Below the pieces are notes generated by a model that saw nothing but the letters and a program-made list of their open reading frames with translations, was not told where the DNA came from and did no database searches. Position numbers and translations under genes: made by a program. Shown piece by piece: positions 11,721-23,543 of a stretch of 33,909 nucleotides of DNA. Origin of the DNA: Thelocarpon superellum (Eukaryota); contig JAPEUG010000175.1 of NCBI GenBank assembly GCA_026025795.1, positions 1-33,909 of the forward strand. Reading direction: 5' to 3'. How positions within the stretch are numbered: the stretch's first letter is position 1; each line of letters starts with the position of its first letter.

Positions 11721-13280
11721 ATTCGCCATGAATTGCCTTGCGTCGCCTGCCCGTAAGCTTGGTTCAGCCGCTGTACGCGGCGCGAACAACTGCCCGTCGC
11801 CCACCGACCATGTTACCATAGCACAGCCGGTGAGCAAGAGGCTGGCTGACCTGTACTCTAATGACTATGTTGCTTATACGAGTACTTCGACGATTGATTG
11901 ACCAACCACTAGGCGGTGAGGTGATGTGACTACTTCGTCCCTATAAGCAGTTGCTACAACAGCCGTTCCGTTGAACATACACATACAATGCTACTGGCAC
12001 TGCGGTAGTAGTACGGGAGAGGGTTTGGAGCAATGGTCGGACGCAGTGTCGTTATAGCCACAGATCTCCACGCCTAGCTTGACTACTGTGTCCGGTCATT
12101 TCTGCAACCCTCCCGTACTTCGTCCTGGAATTTTCCGAGATGAATTACGCTATGCGGCTGAGGGCGTACGGCGGGTAAAACGCCGCACGTGTGGCAGACA
12201 GTCACTTACAGAAGAGCCACTTTACGTCCGTCTACGTCGTGAATCATCTTAATGCAATGGCATGAAGTGGGATGAAAGATGATGCTCATATTTTACGCTA
12301 CCTTTTGTTCCCTTTCTTCTTCAACAGATGGTATTTGTAGTGGCTAACGCCTTTGACACACGTATGATGGTGAGACTGAGCACCTCTTGGTGGAGGCCGA
12401 TATGACGCAAGCTGACATACAGCCGAGACACTTCTCCGCGGGCGGGCTCGTACTCGTACAAGCATCGTTACCGCAAAGGTAGTGGACCGTCCCGGCGCCC
12501 ATAGAACGATTGTCCGCACGACCCGCCCGTGCCGTAACCGAGAGAAAGGAACAGAGAAAGAAACAGAGAGAAAGAAAGAGAGAGAGAGCGTGGAATTCGC
12601 CAGCGCTTGCTAGACGCTGGAACCCCGTCTTACCGCATGCCATCAAATCTTTGAACGAACGGTAATTGGTTCAAGTACTCCGTAGTATGGAGACACATCC
12701 AGTCGCAATTACAGCGGCACCAGCGTCTTGCTCAGTGGTCCCGTTCAAACCGGCATCCGAAGCGCCACACATTTGACTCCGAATAGTCTCTCTGCTGAGT
12801 AGTCCAACCCGCCCCCAATCCTTGACCCGTCCAATACTTCCACCCCGTGTGCCCATACCATTCATGTTTGCGCCCCCCTTCCCCCCCAGCGTCATCAGGA
12901 ATATGTTGCCAACTTCGGTGTCAACGCCGCCTCCCGTTCCAATGGATTCTTTGTGCCAAACAGAGCAAGAAATACCGCCGCTAGCGGCGGCCCGCAGTCC
13001 GAAGATGAACGTGACTAAAATTCCTGTCGTCCACTCGTATTTGATACTCGCCAGTAGGACAGTCCAAACTGTCTCTTCTCCATATCTCCGATCTCTCTTC
13101 GTTACTCGCACTCGCAGTGGTGCGGGTGGTATCAGTCACCGCCCAAACGCCCACCTCAAACCAAGACATATCGGGCTAGTTCATGGGTCGTAGGTGGCAA
13201 CGAAGTTGAACATCCCCTAGCTTGGGTCTCTGCGGACACACTTGCCGCAAATTAGGCTGGGAGCTTTCGCCGCTTTTCGC

Positions 13281-14685
13281 TCACCAGTAGTACGCCGGTG
13301 CCGCCGGAGCCCTGGGGCTGTGGCCAAAAAGGTCGAGCCGCGGCTGTTGCGCAGCATGCAGCCCGGCGTGCGGGGCTATGGCGTGTGAGAAATGCTCCCC
13401 GGTGCTCACCGCCTGTAAGAGCATGTCTGGTGCAGGCATGCCGTGGGAGAGCGTTGCGATCGGGGCTGAAAAGGCGGGGTTGGACCGTGGTCGCGTTGGT
13501 GCCGATGCGTCATTGACATTGGGCGTGTCAGGCGCCACATGGACCATGCGAGTCTCGAGGCTGCTAGATCGGTACATGCTTGATTCGATCGTACTGATCT
13601 CGAACCGTTTGGCACAGCCATCCTCGGTGTGTCTAGAACGCGTCAGCCCAATCCAGGTGCAAATTGCAGGGTCCAGGCGGCGACCGACCTTCGGAGTGTG
13701 TCCTTCCGAGCGAACATGTTCCCACAGAGCTCGCATTGGTAGTTTCGCTGCTTCATGTGCACCTGTGCCCTACGTCAGCCCCGGGCCCTGGCCATTCAGG
13801 CGTGTGACTCACGCTCTGATGGTGACGCATCAGGTCTGTCTTGCGCACAAACTTCTTGTCGCAATGCTGCACCTGGCACGGGTGGGCGTACACTCGTCCC
13901 GGGTCGTGTGTCTCCATGTGAGCTTTGAAGTTGTAGCTCCGTCCAAATAGCTTGCCACAGACGTGGCACGTGTGCGTCGCGTCCGCCGCCGTGGTCAAGC
14001 GTCGTTTCTTCCGCCGTCGTACGTCGCCCCGCCCCGCCACCCCCGGCTCTTCCGCCTGGCCTGGCGAGAGCGAGTAGTTACGCGGCGCTGGCTCGAAGGG
14101 AGGCGTGTCAGCCGAGGATAAGGGCCGCGCCGGTGCGAGATTCAGGTAGCCCTGGACCCGAGCTTCGCTCCCACGCATGGCCAGCCAGTTGTGGGAGTCC
14201 TCCGGCTTGATTTTGGGTCCCGGGTCCGGTCCATAGTCCGCGGTCGAGTATGGCTCCCCGCGTGCGTAGGAGAAAGAAGATCGGGTGGACATGTCGCAGG
14301 AGGAGGGAGAGGATGACAGGTCCGGCACATGCGTCGGGGTCGACGACACCTCCAGCGCGGCAGGGGAGAGGGACGAGTGCGTGTGAAAGGTGGCAAAAGG
14401 ATCGTAGGCCTCGGAAAAGATATCGGGTGCATGAGATCTTGTCGACGATTGCGCCATGTCCACCTGTCGTGACCCGGCGACGGACTCAACCGATGGGGGA
14501 GATGGAGGAAAAGGAGTCGACCTCGCTCGCGGCAGGCTCAGACTGGAAGCGCTCCACAGGCCCTGTGCTCGCTCGGGCGTCGGCCCGGGAATAGGATCGT
14601 CAGGTAGGGACGAAAAGGCAGAACAGAGTGCTCGCTGGGGAACGGGGGACAGCAATGATCTTCTTGGCCGGACTATTTGGTCCAT
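13281..14685 (-). CDS. C2H2 zinc-finger transcription factor (three fingers)
   Basis: Exons 14685-13813, 13762-13689, 13632-13281. CHVCGKLFGRSYNFKAHMETH, CQVQHCDKKFVRKTDLMRHHQSVH, CELCGNMFARKDTLRRHTEDGC; basic NLS RRRKKRR. Start codon uncertain. Confidence 0.88.
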
Positions 14686-16120
14686 GCCAGAGATGGGCGC
14701 TGACGGCGCTCATCGGACGGGGAGGAGATATATGAAGGAAGTCGCCTTGACGCTCGGGCACCGCATCGACCACGGTCCACTGGCAGCGGCACTGGCGGTG
14801 CCGCAGGCTAATGCCCTTTCCGTACCTCACTCTGCCCTAGCACGCACCTTGGGACTCAGCGGCGGCTGGCCGGAGACGAACGTGACGGTGTAATGTGGAA
14901 GGAAGGGCAGAAGGAGGTGGAGGTGGGCAAGCGGTGGGCTGTGAGCACCAGGTTCGCCAGAGCAATGTTCTTGTAGGCAAAGATCCTGATACATGTGCTC
15001 GCGGGGCGCACGTCGATGGCAGATCAGCACCCATCGTCCTTAGCGGGGCTTTAAACCAACAAAAGCCGCCGTCGTCGTGCTTCGGTCCCAGGGCATTGGT
15101 GGCCTTAGCCCCCCTCTCACTGGCCCCTCTGCCCTCCCTAGGGCAGCATGGTGAGTGGTGGGCCGTAATGGGGGATTCCTAACCCGATGAACGGGTCCGT
15201 GGCCTGCATTGGTCCATCTGGATGCATGGGCCCTGGCTCGTGCACACCTTGTCGACGGCGATTGATGAAGGGGGAAGCCTCGGGTCCGCCTGCTTCCCCC
15301 GACGGTCGACGAGCGACGGCCCGCCATCGCCGCTGGGCGGGGCGATGTTCCGAGAGGAGAAGCGAGCCTACTCGGACACGTCTGGTTGGTGTCGACGTCA
15401 AGCTCTGGGTCATGCTCGCATCGGCCGTCAGCGCCAACAAGCGACCAGGATCTCGACCGTGGTCGGCCGTTGACGAAACATCTGGTGGGGGGATGGGGAG
15501 GAAGGGAGGGAGGGGGCGGTGCGCTTGACCGCATCGAGGGTGGGTCCCTACGCATGGCTAGTCGCGTTGGTCCCTCAGCCCAGTGTTGGAGCCGCAGGGC
15601 TGGTGGGGGGTTGCGAGGACCACACCGACATCATCTCACCACGGACGAGTGGTCCCTCGCGTTAGCACGCGCCAAGGATGCGAACCATGGCGCGGACGGG
15701 TTGATGACGGTACTGGGCCGACCAGACAAGACCTCGTAGTGAGCTCGTCACCTCATTACGCGGACAGCGGAGAGGCGGTATGGGCGCTCGTTGCTCTACG
15801 AACCGCCCTGCGTAGCGTCCAGACGCAGATGCCATTTCATTTGACGGCGCGGGTGAACCATGGTCGCGGGACTACACGCTCCTCAGGCCTCATTTCACTT
15901 CACAGAAGCAGCGTCGGCCGCCACGGTCATCGATGGTCAGCCTTGAAGCCGGGCGTCGGGAGGCTTGGGCGAGCTGGGATAAGGTTCGCCGCGAGGGCGC
16001 GCTATCCTGGACCCCAGGCCGATCCAATGTGGGCATGCGAATAAGCGCTGAATTGATCAAGTACCCACATCCGGCGTATTTAGCTCCCCACCCTCGCTAA
16101 GGATTGCCCAAACAGGGAGT

Positions 16121-19100
16121 TTAAGGGCGTGCCCGCGCACGGCGACCAGCACGGCCCACACCTGCTCCGGTGCTCCGTGGCCGTGAACCCGCCGGTGGCG
16201 GGCGTGACCGTTCGTACAGCCAGATGGCGGCCACGAAGGGCAGGTGTGTCAGCTTGAGCAGCGCGATGCGTCCCGTCCGCAGCTGCTCGGCCGTGAGGAA
16301 CAGTCGGAGGGGTCGCAGGAAGAGCAACGGCAGTAGATTCTAAAAATTCACCGTCGCATAATTAGTCGTCATTCTGTAGGCCCTGGTCACTGCTGGTGCT
16401 GGTGCTGGTGCTGGTGCTGGTGCTGGTGCTGGTGCTGGTGCTGGTGCTGGTGCTGGATGATGCCGGGGCTTTGGCTGTTGCTGCTGCTGCGGGAGCTCGC
16501 TACGCCGGCCCGACACCGCGGCTCCCTTGGCCGAAGCGAGGGCAGTGACAGCCGGTCCCCTACCCTGCCCGACAAGTCTACGCTCGGAGCTTCGCATGGC
16601 ACACCTGCACCAGAGAACGGAAGGGGAGAGGAAACACAACGCACCAGCGGCGGGTAGAAGTAGGTCAGTCGGTTACTCGTCGATGCCTACTGGCGCGTCA
16701 ATGGGTTGCGGCGACGCATCTTCCCGAACAGCCGCCCTTGGCCGTCGCCCGAGAGGCCAGAGGCTCAAGACGCACCTCGAGCACGAAGACAGCCGACCTT
16801 GCCACGAAAATCCGTTAGTCACGGCGTCGGATGCAAGCGCTAGAGCGGCGGTGCTGCGACGGCTGCAGCGGAAGCACCGTCACATGCGCCAACCGAAGCG
16901 ACCAGGATGCGGTGAAACAAGGAGTGGGGAGGGAAGGGGAGGATGAGCACAGCCATGCCACTCGTCCGGCTTGCGGTGAAGGAGCTTACACGAAGAGGTA
17001 ATTCTCTCTGGCTCACCAAAACCAATCGTAAGCAACGCCGCGCTCGTCAACTCCCTCATATGCCAGCTCTGAGAAAGTGCGGGCTTCGTCGGCACGTACC
17101 TGGCGTGCTCCATGACCTGCCGACGTCAGCGCCCGGACCGTCACTAAGCTCCTTTGCTCAGCCTCAATTGCCCCTGCATCAAAGGCCCTCATACCTTGGT
17201 CAGACGGTTGCTCAACAGACTGATCAGGACGGTAATGAGCAGGATGTTCGTCATGCAGACGAAAGTCAGCTATCACGTCACGTTTTAGCTCGTCTCGGTC
17301 GTGGGGCAGAACATGCATTTTGGTCTACGGGCGGAAGTACCATCAGCGGGGGCCCTAGGATAGGCGAAATCTGCACGCGATTAGCCTTCCCACGGGAAAT
17401 CCCCACGGACCCTGGCACAGGGTGGAACGCGAGCGTTGAGGGTCCTCCGACTACCTACCTCACGCATGATGTCCTGGCGCAGTGAGTTGCATCAATGGCA
17501 TGGTCTTGTCAGCGTCAACGGGCGGCGGGCGGCAGACTCACGAAACCCAGATAGCTAGAACTACACAGGCGAGCATTAGGACAGGGGCCCTACGCACGTA
17601 CGTTCACAGGGGGTCAACGCAGCCGACCTACCCAAAGAAGACTTGGATCAGAATCCAAGACATTTCGCTGAGCGAGAAGCGGTCTCGAGCCAACATGGAG
17701 AAGGTCGTGAGGAAGCCTGGCGGTCGGACGGGTCAGCTTCCGCCTGCTGCGGCTGCGGCTGAGAAGTCGCGCGCGTACCGATGTAGAGGATGACGACGAT
17801 GGACAGAAACTTCACAAAGTCCTTGGTCTAAGCCATATCAGCACCTGCTCCTGAAGCTTCACCGCTCCCAACCCACCATCTCTTTCAAACAGGGTAGCTA
17901 CGCCATTGCACGTCAGTTCCTGTGTTTACCTTGCGGTTGCTTGAGGCCAAGCCTCACCAAGGTGCCGAAATAGGGATGGAGACTCAGGAGGGAGCAGATC
18001 CTGTGGCAAAGGTCAAGGGCGTCAGCTGAGGCCTATGGCTCAACCACGTCGCGGGCGCCCACCTGGGCACGAGAAACAGGGCCTCGAGCGAGAGGATGTC
18101 GAACGAGACGTCGGTGATGCCGTCGTCATCCTGGACTACGCCCACGATTCCTGTCACCGCATGTCATTTAGCGGAGCTCGTCGAATCCTTCTTCATCCTC
18201 GGGTCCGATGCCCTCGGCATCTCGGGGCGTATGTGGCTTACGCACGAGCAATGACGTAGGCCACGCCGACGCCGATGATTCCCATGTCCCACAAGGACCA
18301 AAAGTCGGCCGAGTAGAAGAGCGTGCCGGCGTCTCGATACTGACTCCATTCGTCGTAGGCGAAGGCGGCAATCCAAATCCACAGCAGGATCTCGACGGCA
18401 GAAATTTGCGAAACGTCGCGTTCGATCAGACACAGGTAGTACAAGATCAGAAAGGAGGTAAAGAAGCATGACTCGAAGATCTTCATGTACAGGGGGACCC
18501 TCAGGCGACAGTAAGGATCGGCCAGCCTAGATGGCCTGTGAGCCCCGGACGTCGCCCATCGGCCAGGGACATACCTCTTGTTGTATAGATGTGCTCTCTT
18601 GCGCGACTTGACGCTCAGCGATTCCCAGAACACAACATGCCCGTTCCAGATGTCGTTGACGATCTTCTGCACCGACTTCCGGCTGAGGAATTTCTTCGCG
18701 TCTGCCACCGCAGCAATCTCAAGGGCGTTTAAGCCAGCAAAGCGTACCGCTGCGTTCGCCTCATCTTCATCATCTCCGTCCTCTCTGCTCCGCCACAAGT
18801 TGGCGGTCCATCGTCTGGCCAGGGGCCCAGCGGGAGCTGCATCGACTGCTCGGGTGAGCAACGACGTGGTCTCGCCAGCAGCGGACGAGGCATGTGGGGG
18901 GCTGATCGATGCACGCTCCGGATCCGCTGGCGGGCGATGCTGGTCATGTTGGCCATGTCCTCGTGGTGGCAACTGGTAAAAGAGGCTGTCAATTCTTTCG
19001 GTCTCCGACATGTGCGCCAGCAGTCTCCACGCTACCACCTCGCACGCTTGACCACGAGCTTCGTTTGCACCGTGCTCATCGTCTTCACGCTCCGAGAAAT

Positions 19101-19572
19101 GATATCTGCCTGCCCTAGGACGAGGAATGAGCATCCGTCGTCCCTATGGCTCCGACGGCATGGACTTACAGGAGCGCAGCGACGGCGGCCGGATGATGCA
19201 CTTGTTCTCCCAGGTACGAGACAAGTGGCTGCAGCCGCAGGTTGGACGAGCCGTGTTGGACGTGATCGGACGGGTGGCCTCCGTCTACCGTGGCTTGGAC
19301 GTATCTAGCGGTTGATCAGCCTCATGCAGGATATGTAGTAACAGCCCGCTCTAGATAGCATACACGATGATCTTCTCCACCATCGCCCCAAACTCCTCGT
19401 CATCCGTGATCTCGGGCAGCTCTGGCAGCTTGGCGGACCATTCAAAGTGCGTTGGGAGAGTTCCGGCCGTCGGCGGCTGAGCCGACATCCTGGACGACGT
19501 TGACGGCATGAGGACGAACGGGGGAAGCGCTGTCACTCTGTTGCTCCGTCCGGGAAGATGGCGTTGACTCAT
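16121..19572 (-). CDS. YVC1: Vacuolar TRP-family cation/Ca2+ channel YVC1-like (18 exons)
   Basis: Exons 19572(or 19509)-19364, 19304-19170, 19114-18575, 18526-18246, 18150-18063, 18000-17958, 17897-17877, 17827-17779, 17716-17632, 17560-17542, 17473-17459, 17370-17341, 17269-17195, 17116-17100, 17007-16990, 16797-16776, 16686-16645, 16339-16121 splice in frame. Motifs NALEIAAVADAKKFLS, RLRVP, DFWSLWD, VFFGSSYLGF (pore), TNILLITVLISLLSN, VLEASTSNRLTYFYPPLNLL. Confidence 0.9.
16391..16456. repeat. (TGCTGG)x11 perfect hexanucleotide microsatellite in the last YVC1 intron
   Basis: Seen directly; lies within intron 16644-16340. Confidence 0.95.
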
Positions 19573-19955
19573 GAGCTATCCACTCGAGACATGTTCGAAC
19601 CTTCGGAATAAACTGCTACAGCAGGACTGACAGATCGGGTGATACCGAAGATTACTGCAACTTTGTAGACGGTCAATATCCCTCCTCTCTGGATACCGGC
19701 TTCATTCCATGTGTCACTTCTCGTCCTCGGAAAGCTACAGCCAGTTATGCAAGTGCCGATGCCGTGCAGGGATGGGGCCGCCAGGGACCATCTCGCTAGC
19801 TATGGTGCTAGCGAGAAGGACCCAGCACGCCTGGGAGAGCTTAACCGGCCCGCCGTGAACTGCCACCGCAGCACGAAAGCACGACGTGTGAGACCGAAGC
19901 CCCGCCATCATCAAACGTTCAAGTGCCGCATGCCCGCGGCCCGGCTTCAGCAAGG

Positions 19956-22900
19956 ATGGCCTTGACTTCGGTACGCTTTACTCGGATGCGAGCTCGGATG
20001 ACTTACGAGGTGCTGAACATTCACAGTGGAAGTCCTTCAACTTCTTCGACGTCTCGCAGGTGAAGCCGCCGGATGAAGGCGAGAGTTCCCGCGTGTTTGG
20101 AGTAAGTGCCCACCCTGCCCGGTCGTACCACCCTTTCTGACTCTGCCAGAATAGTGATATTAGCTGCGTCTGCTCAGGATCCGATAATCTCTTCCTGGGA
20201 AGCACCGATGGCTTTGTGCGTATCCTCTCGCGAACCTTCAAAGTGGTCCGGGCTTTCCAAGCCCACGAGACTGCCTCCATCACCCACATGAAGCAGGTCG
20301 AGGGCACGTCGTTGCTCGTGACCATCTCCGAAGACCTCTCCAACGAACCTGTCTTGAGGGTGTGGGCGCTGGACAAGACGGATAAGAAGAGCGGCAATCC
20401 TCGGTGTCAATCAACTCTCGCCATCCACAACGGACGGAAACAGTTTCCGGCAAGTCATCGCCGACCCTGACACGAACGCTGAGCGTTGCTAATGCTGGGT
20501 AGATCTCGGCCTTTGCCGCCCTCGACGACCTGTCGCAGCTCGCCGTTGGCTTTGCCAATGGTTCTGTCACTGTCATCCGGGGGGACCTAATTCACGACCG
20601 TGGCGCCAAACAGCGCACCGTCTTCGAGTCTGAGGAGCCCGTGACGGGGGTCGCCTTCCGCGAGGGCACCCGGCTGACCACGCTGTATCTGTCCACGACG
20701 GCGCGCATCCTCACGCTCGTCATCTCTGGCAAAGGCCAGGGACAGCCGGCGCGAAGCTTGGAGGATGCCGGATGTGGCGTCGACTGCATGACGGTGGACC
20801 AACGCACCGGCGATATCATTGTCGTGCGCGACGACGCCATCTACTACTATGGCCTGAACGGGCGAGGGCCGTGCTATGCCTATGAAGGTCCCAAGCGGCT
20901 TGTCGACACGTACAAGGAATATGTGGCGTTGATCTCACCGCCCAAGTCACGATCCACGTCGGCCAACACAGCCATGGGCCGCTTCAGCAATGGCTCGGCC
21001 GACGATCTGTTCAACACTACTACCTTCACCCTCCTCGATACCGACCTGAAGTATGTCGCGCACTCGGAGGGGTTGATCGCCCAGGTGAAGACGTTATTCG
21101 TCGAGTGGGGCGATCTCTTCATCCTCACCGTCGATGGCAAGGTAGTGCGGCCACTGATCCTTCTCTGAATTCAGCTGACGGGCGTAGCTGTTCCGATACC
21201 ATGAGAAGACGTTGCCACAGAAGCTAGAGATCCTGTACCAGCGCAATCTGTACGTCCTGGCGATCAGTCTGGCCCAAAAGGCCAATCTCGGCGTGGTGCA
21301 GCAGAACATCATCTACCGGCGATATGGCGACTACCTTTACCAGAAAGCCGAATTTGACGGTGCCATGCAACAATATCTCAAGGCCATCAACAATACTGAG
21401 CCGTCACAGGTCATCCGAAAGGTGTGTCTGCCTCCTCACGGCCTGCTCTCTTCTCGGCACACACTGACTGGGCCAGTTTCTGGATGCTCAACGCACGCAG
21501 AATCTCATTGAATACCTAGAGGAGCTTCATGAGCACCACAAAGCCAATGCCGACCATACCACCCTCCTGCTGAACTGCTATGCCAAGCTGAAAGACATTG
21601 ATAAGCTCGAGAAGTTTATCAAGTCACCAGGCGAGCTCAAGTTCGACCTGGACACGGCCATCTCGATGTGCCGCCAGGGAGGGTATTTTGCCCAGGCTGC
21701 CTATCTGGCCACGCGACATGGCGAGCATGATCTCGTCGTCACTATTTTGGTGGAAGATTCCAAGAAATATGCCGAGGCGCTCCAATACATCTGGCGCCTC
21801 GACCCGGCGACGGTAGGATCTCAGCCCCTGTGGCGGAGGCACGAGGCTGCCCTGACTGGTTCTAGGCGTACCACAACCTCATGAAGTATGCACGCGTGCT
21901 GCTCGAACATTGCTCGGTCGACACGAGGCAGCTCTTCATCGACTATTATACCGGTCGATATCAGCCGCGGCGGGACCCGGTGCCTCCGGCTGACAGCAGC
22001 GCCTCGGCCGGTGGTGCATCGAGTGCGATCCAGAGCTTAGCGTCCTTTCTTCCCCTGTCCTACCTCAACCCCTCCAATCTGGCGTCGAATCTGACGTCGA
22101 ACCTGGCCTCACCCGGCCCAGAAGCCCAGAAAGTGCCGGTCGCCCCTAGCGCCGCGGCCGACGGCGCCACGCCGCATGAATCGGTATCGTATGAGGTGCC
22201 GAAGCCACGGACGGCCTTCTCGGCTTTTGTGGACCATCCGGACGACTTCATCGCCTTTCTCGAATCGTGTTTGGGCGAGGGCGGGGTCGAAGAAGAGAAT
22301 CAAGGGGATCTCTACACGACCTTGTTCGAGATGTATCTGCACAAAGCCTCGGAGAAACGAGGCGACGAGCGTGCTGGCTGGGAAGCTAGAGCCAAGCATC
22401 TGATTGAGAGCGGCGAGGTCACGTTTCCGGCATCGACGGGGCGAACACGGCTGACCTGGCGCTAGATCCCGATCGACACGTCGAACGTGCTCCTACTCTC
22501 TCATCTGTCGAATTTCCGCGACGGCACGATCTTGGTTCGCGAGAAACAGGGCCTCCGCTTCGACATTTTCCGATCGTACACGTCGGCCAACGATACGGCT
22601 GGGGCGATCAAGGCGCTGAAGAAGTACGGGCCGGAAGAGCCGCATTTATACCCTGCTGCGCTGGCCTACTTCACCTCGAGCGCAACGGTGCTCGAGGAGG
22701 CGGGCGATGAACTGGAGGTTGTGCTCAAGAAGATTGAGGATGACGGGCTCATGGCGCCGTTGCAGGTGATTCAAACCTTGAGCGCCAGTGGCGTAGCGAC
22801 GATGGGCCTGTTGAAGAAATATCTGAGTGCCACGGTCGAGCGGGAGAGCAAGGAGATTGCCTACAATCGACGACTTATCGAGAGCTACCGCAGCGAGACC

Positions 22901-23293
22901 GAGGTCAAACGAAAGGAGATAGATGAGCTCGGCAGCAAGCCGGCCGTGTTTCAAGCGCGTCGATGCTCGGCCTGTGGTGGCAATCTCGATCTCCCGACGG
23001 TCCATTTCCTATGCAAGCACTCCTTCCACCAGCGTTGTCTCAACCAGGTCGACGACGACATAGCGTGTCCATTATGTGCCGCCGAAAATTCCACCATCCG
23101 CGCCATCCGACGGGGTGAGCCTCTTCCTGCTTCGAGTTCTCGAATCAGACTAACCATCTCCCGATCAGCCCAAGAAGAATCGGCGGATCGACATGACATG
23201 TTCCAGGATGCGTTGGAGCGATCGACGGATAGATTTGGGACGATCAGTGAGTTCTTTGGACGTGGGGTGATGTCAGTCCCGACGAATGAATGA
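19956..23293 (+). CDS. VPS11: Vacuolar protein sorting 11 (PEP5; HOPS/CORVET class C subunit with C-terminal RING)
   Basis: Exons 19956-19970, 20027-20101, 20150-20449, 20503-21141, 21188-21421, 21477-21812, 21866-22417, 22466-23114, 23169-23293. MALTSWKSFNFF, GDLIHDRG, YGDYLY, EPSQVIRKFLD, RING CSACGGNLDLPTVHFLCKHSFHQRC..CPLC. Confidence 0.96.
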
Positions 23294-23543
23294 GAAGTGT
23301 TGGCTCTTGCTGGACGGCGATGCTGCAGGCTCTCTTTCTGCTGGGCCATTCCGTAGCGCTTATCGTGGGACAATGAGCGAGCGTGGGGGGTGATACAGGG
23401 GACGACCTTGTCGAAGGACTTTGTACAAATGCGGGACACCATATCACGTGCTCTCGCGATGGATCTCGACGCGTGAAGGACGAGGAATGGCAATGCGGTG
23501 CCATCCGTTCGGACATAGTTCCACGCAATGCTACGATAACATA

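Noticed and set aside
12671..13193. Overlapping 146-aa (-) and 123-aa (+) ORFs
   Set aside because: No recognisable homology; probably part of the C2H2 gene 3' region.
16340..16644. Poly-PA / poly-HQ ORFs
   Set aside because: Translation artefacts of the intronic hexamer microsatellite.
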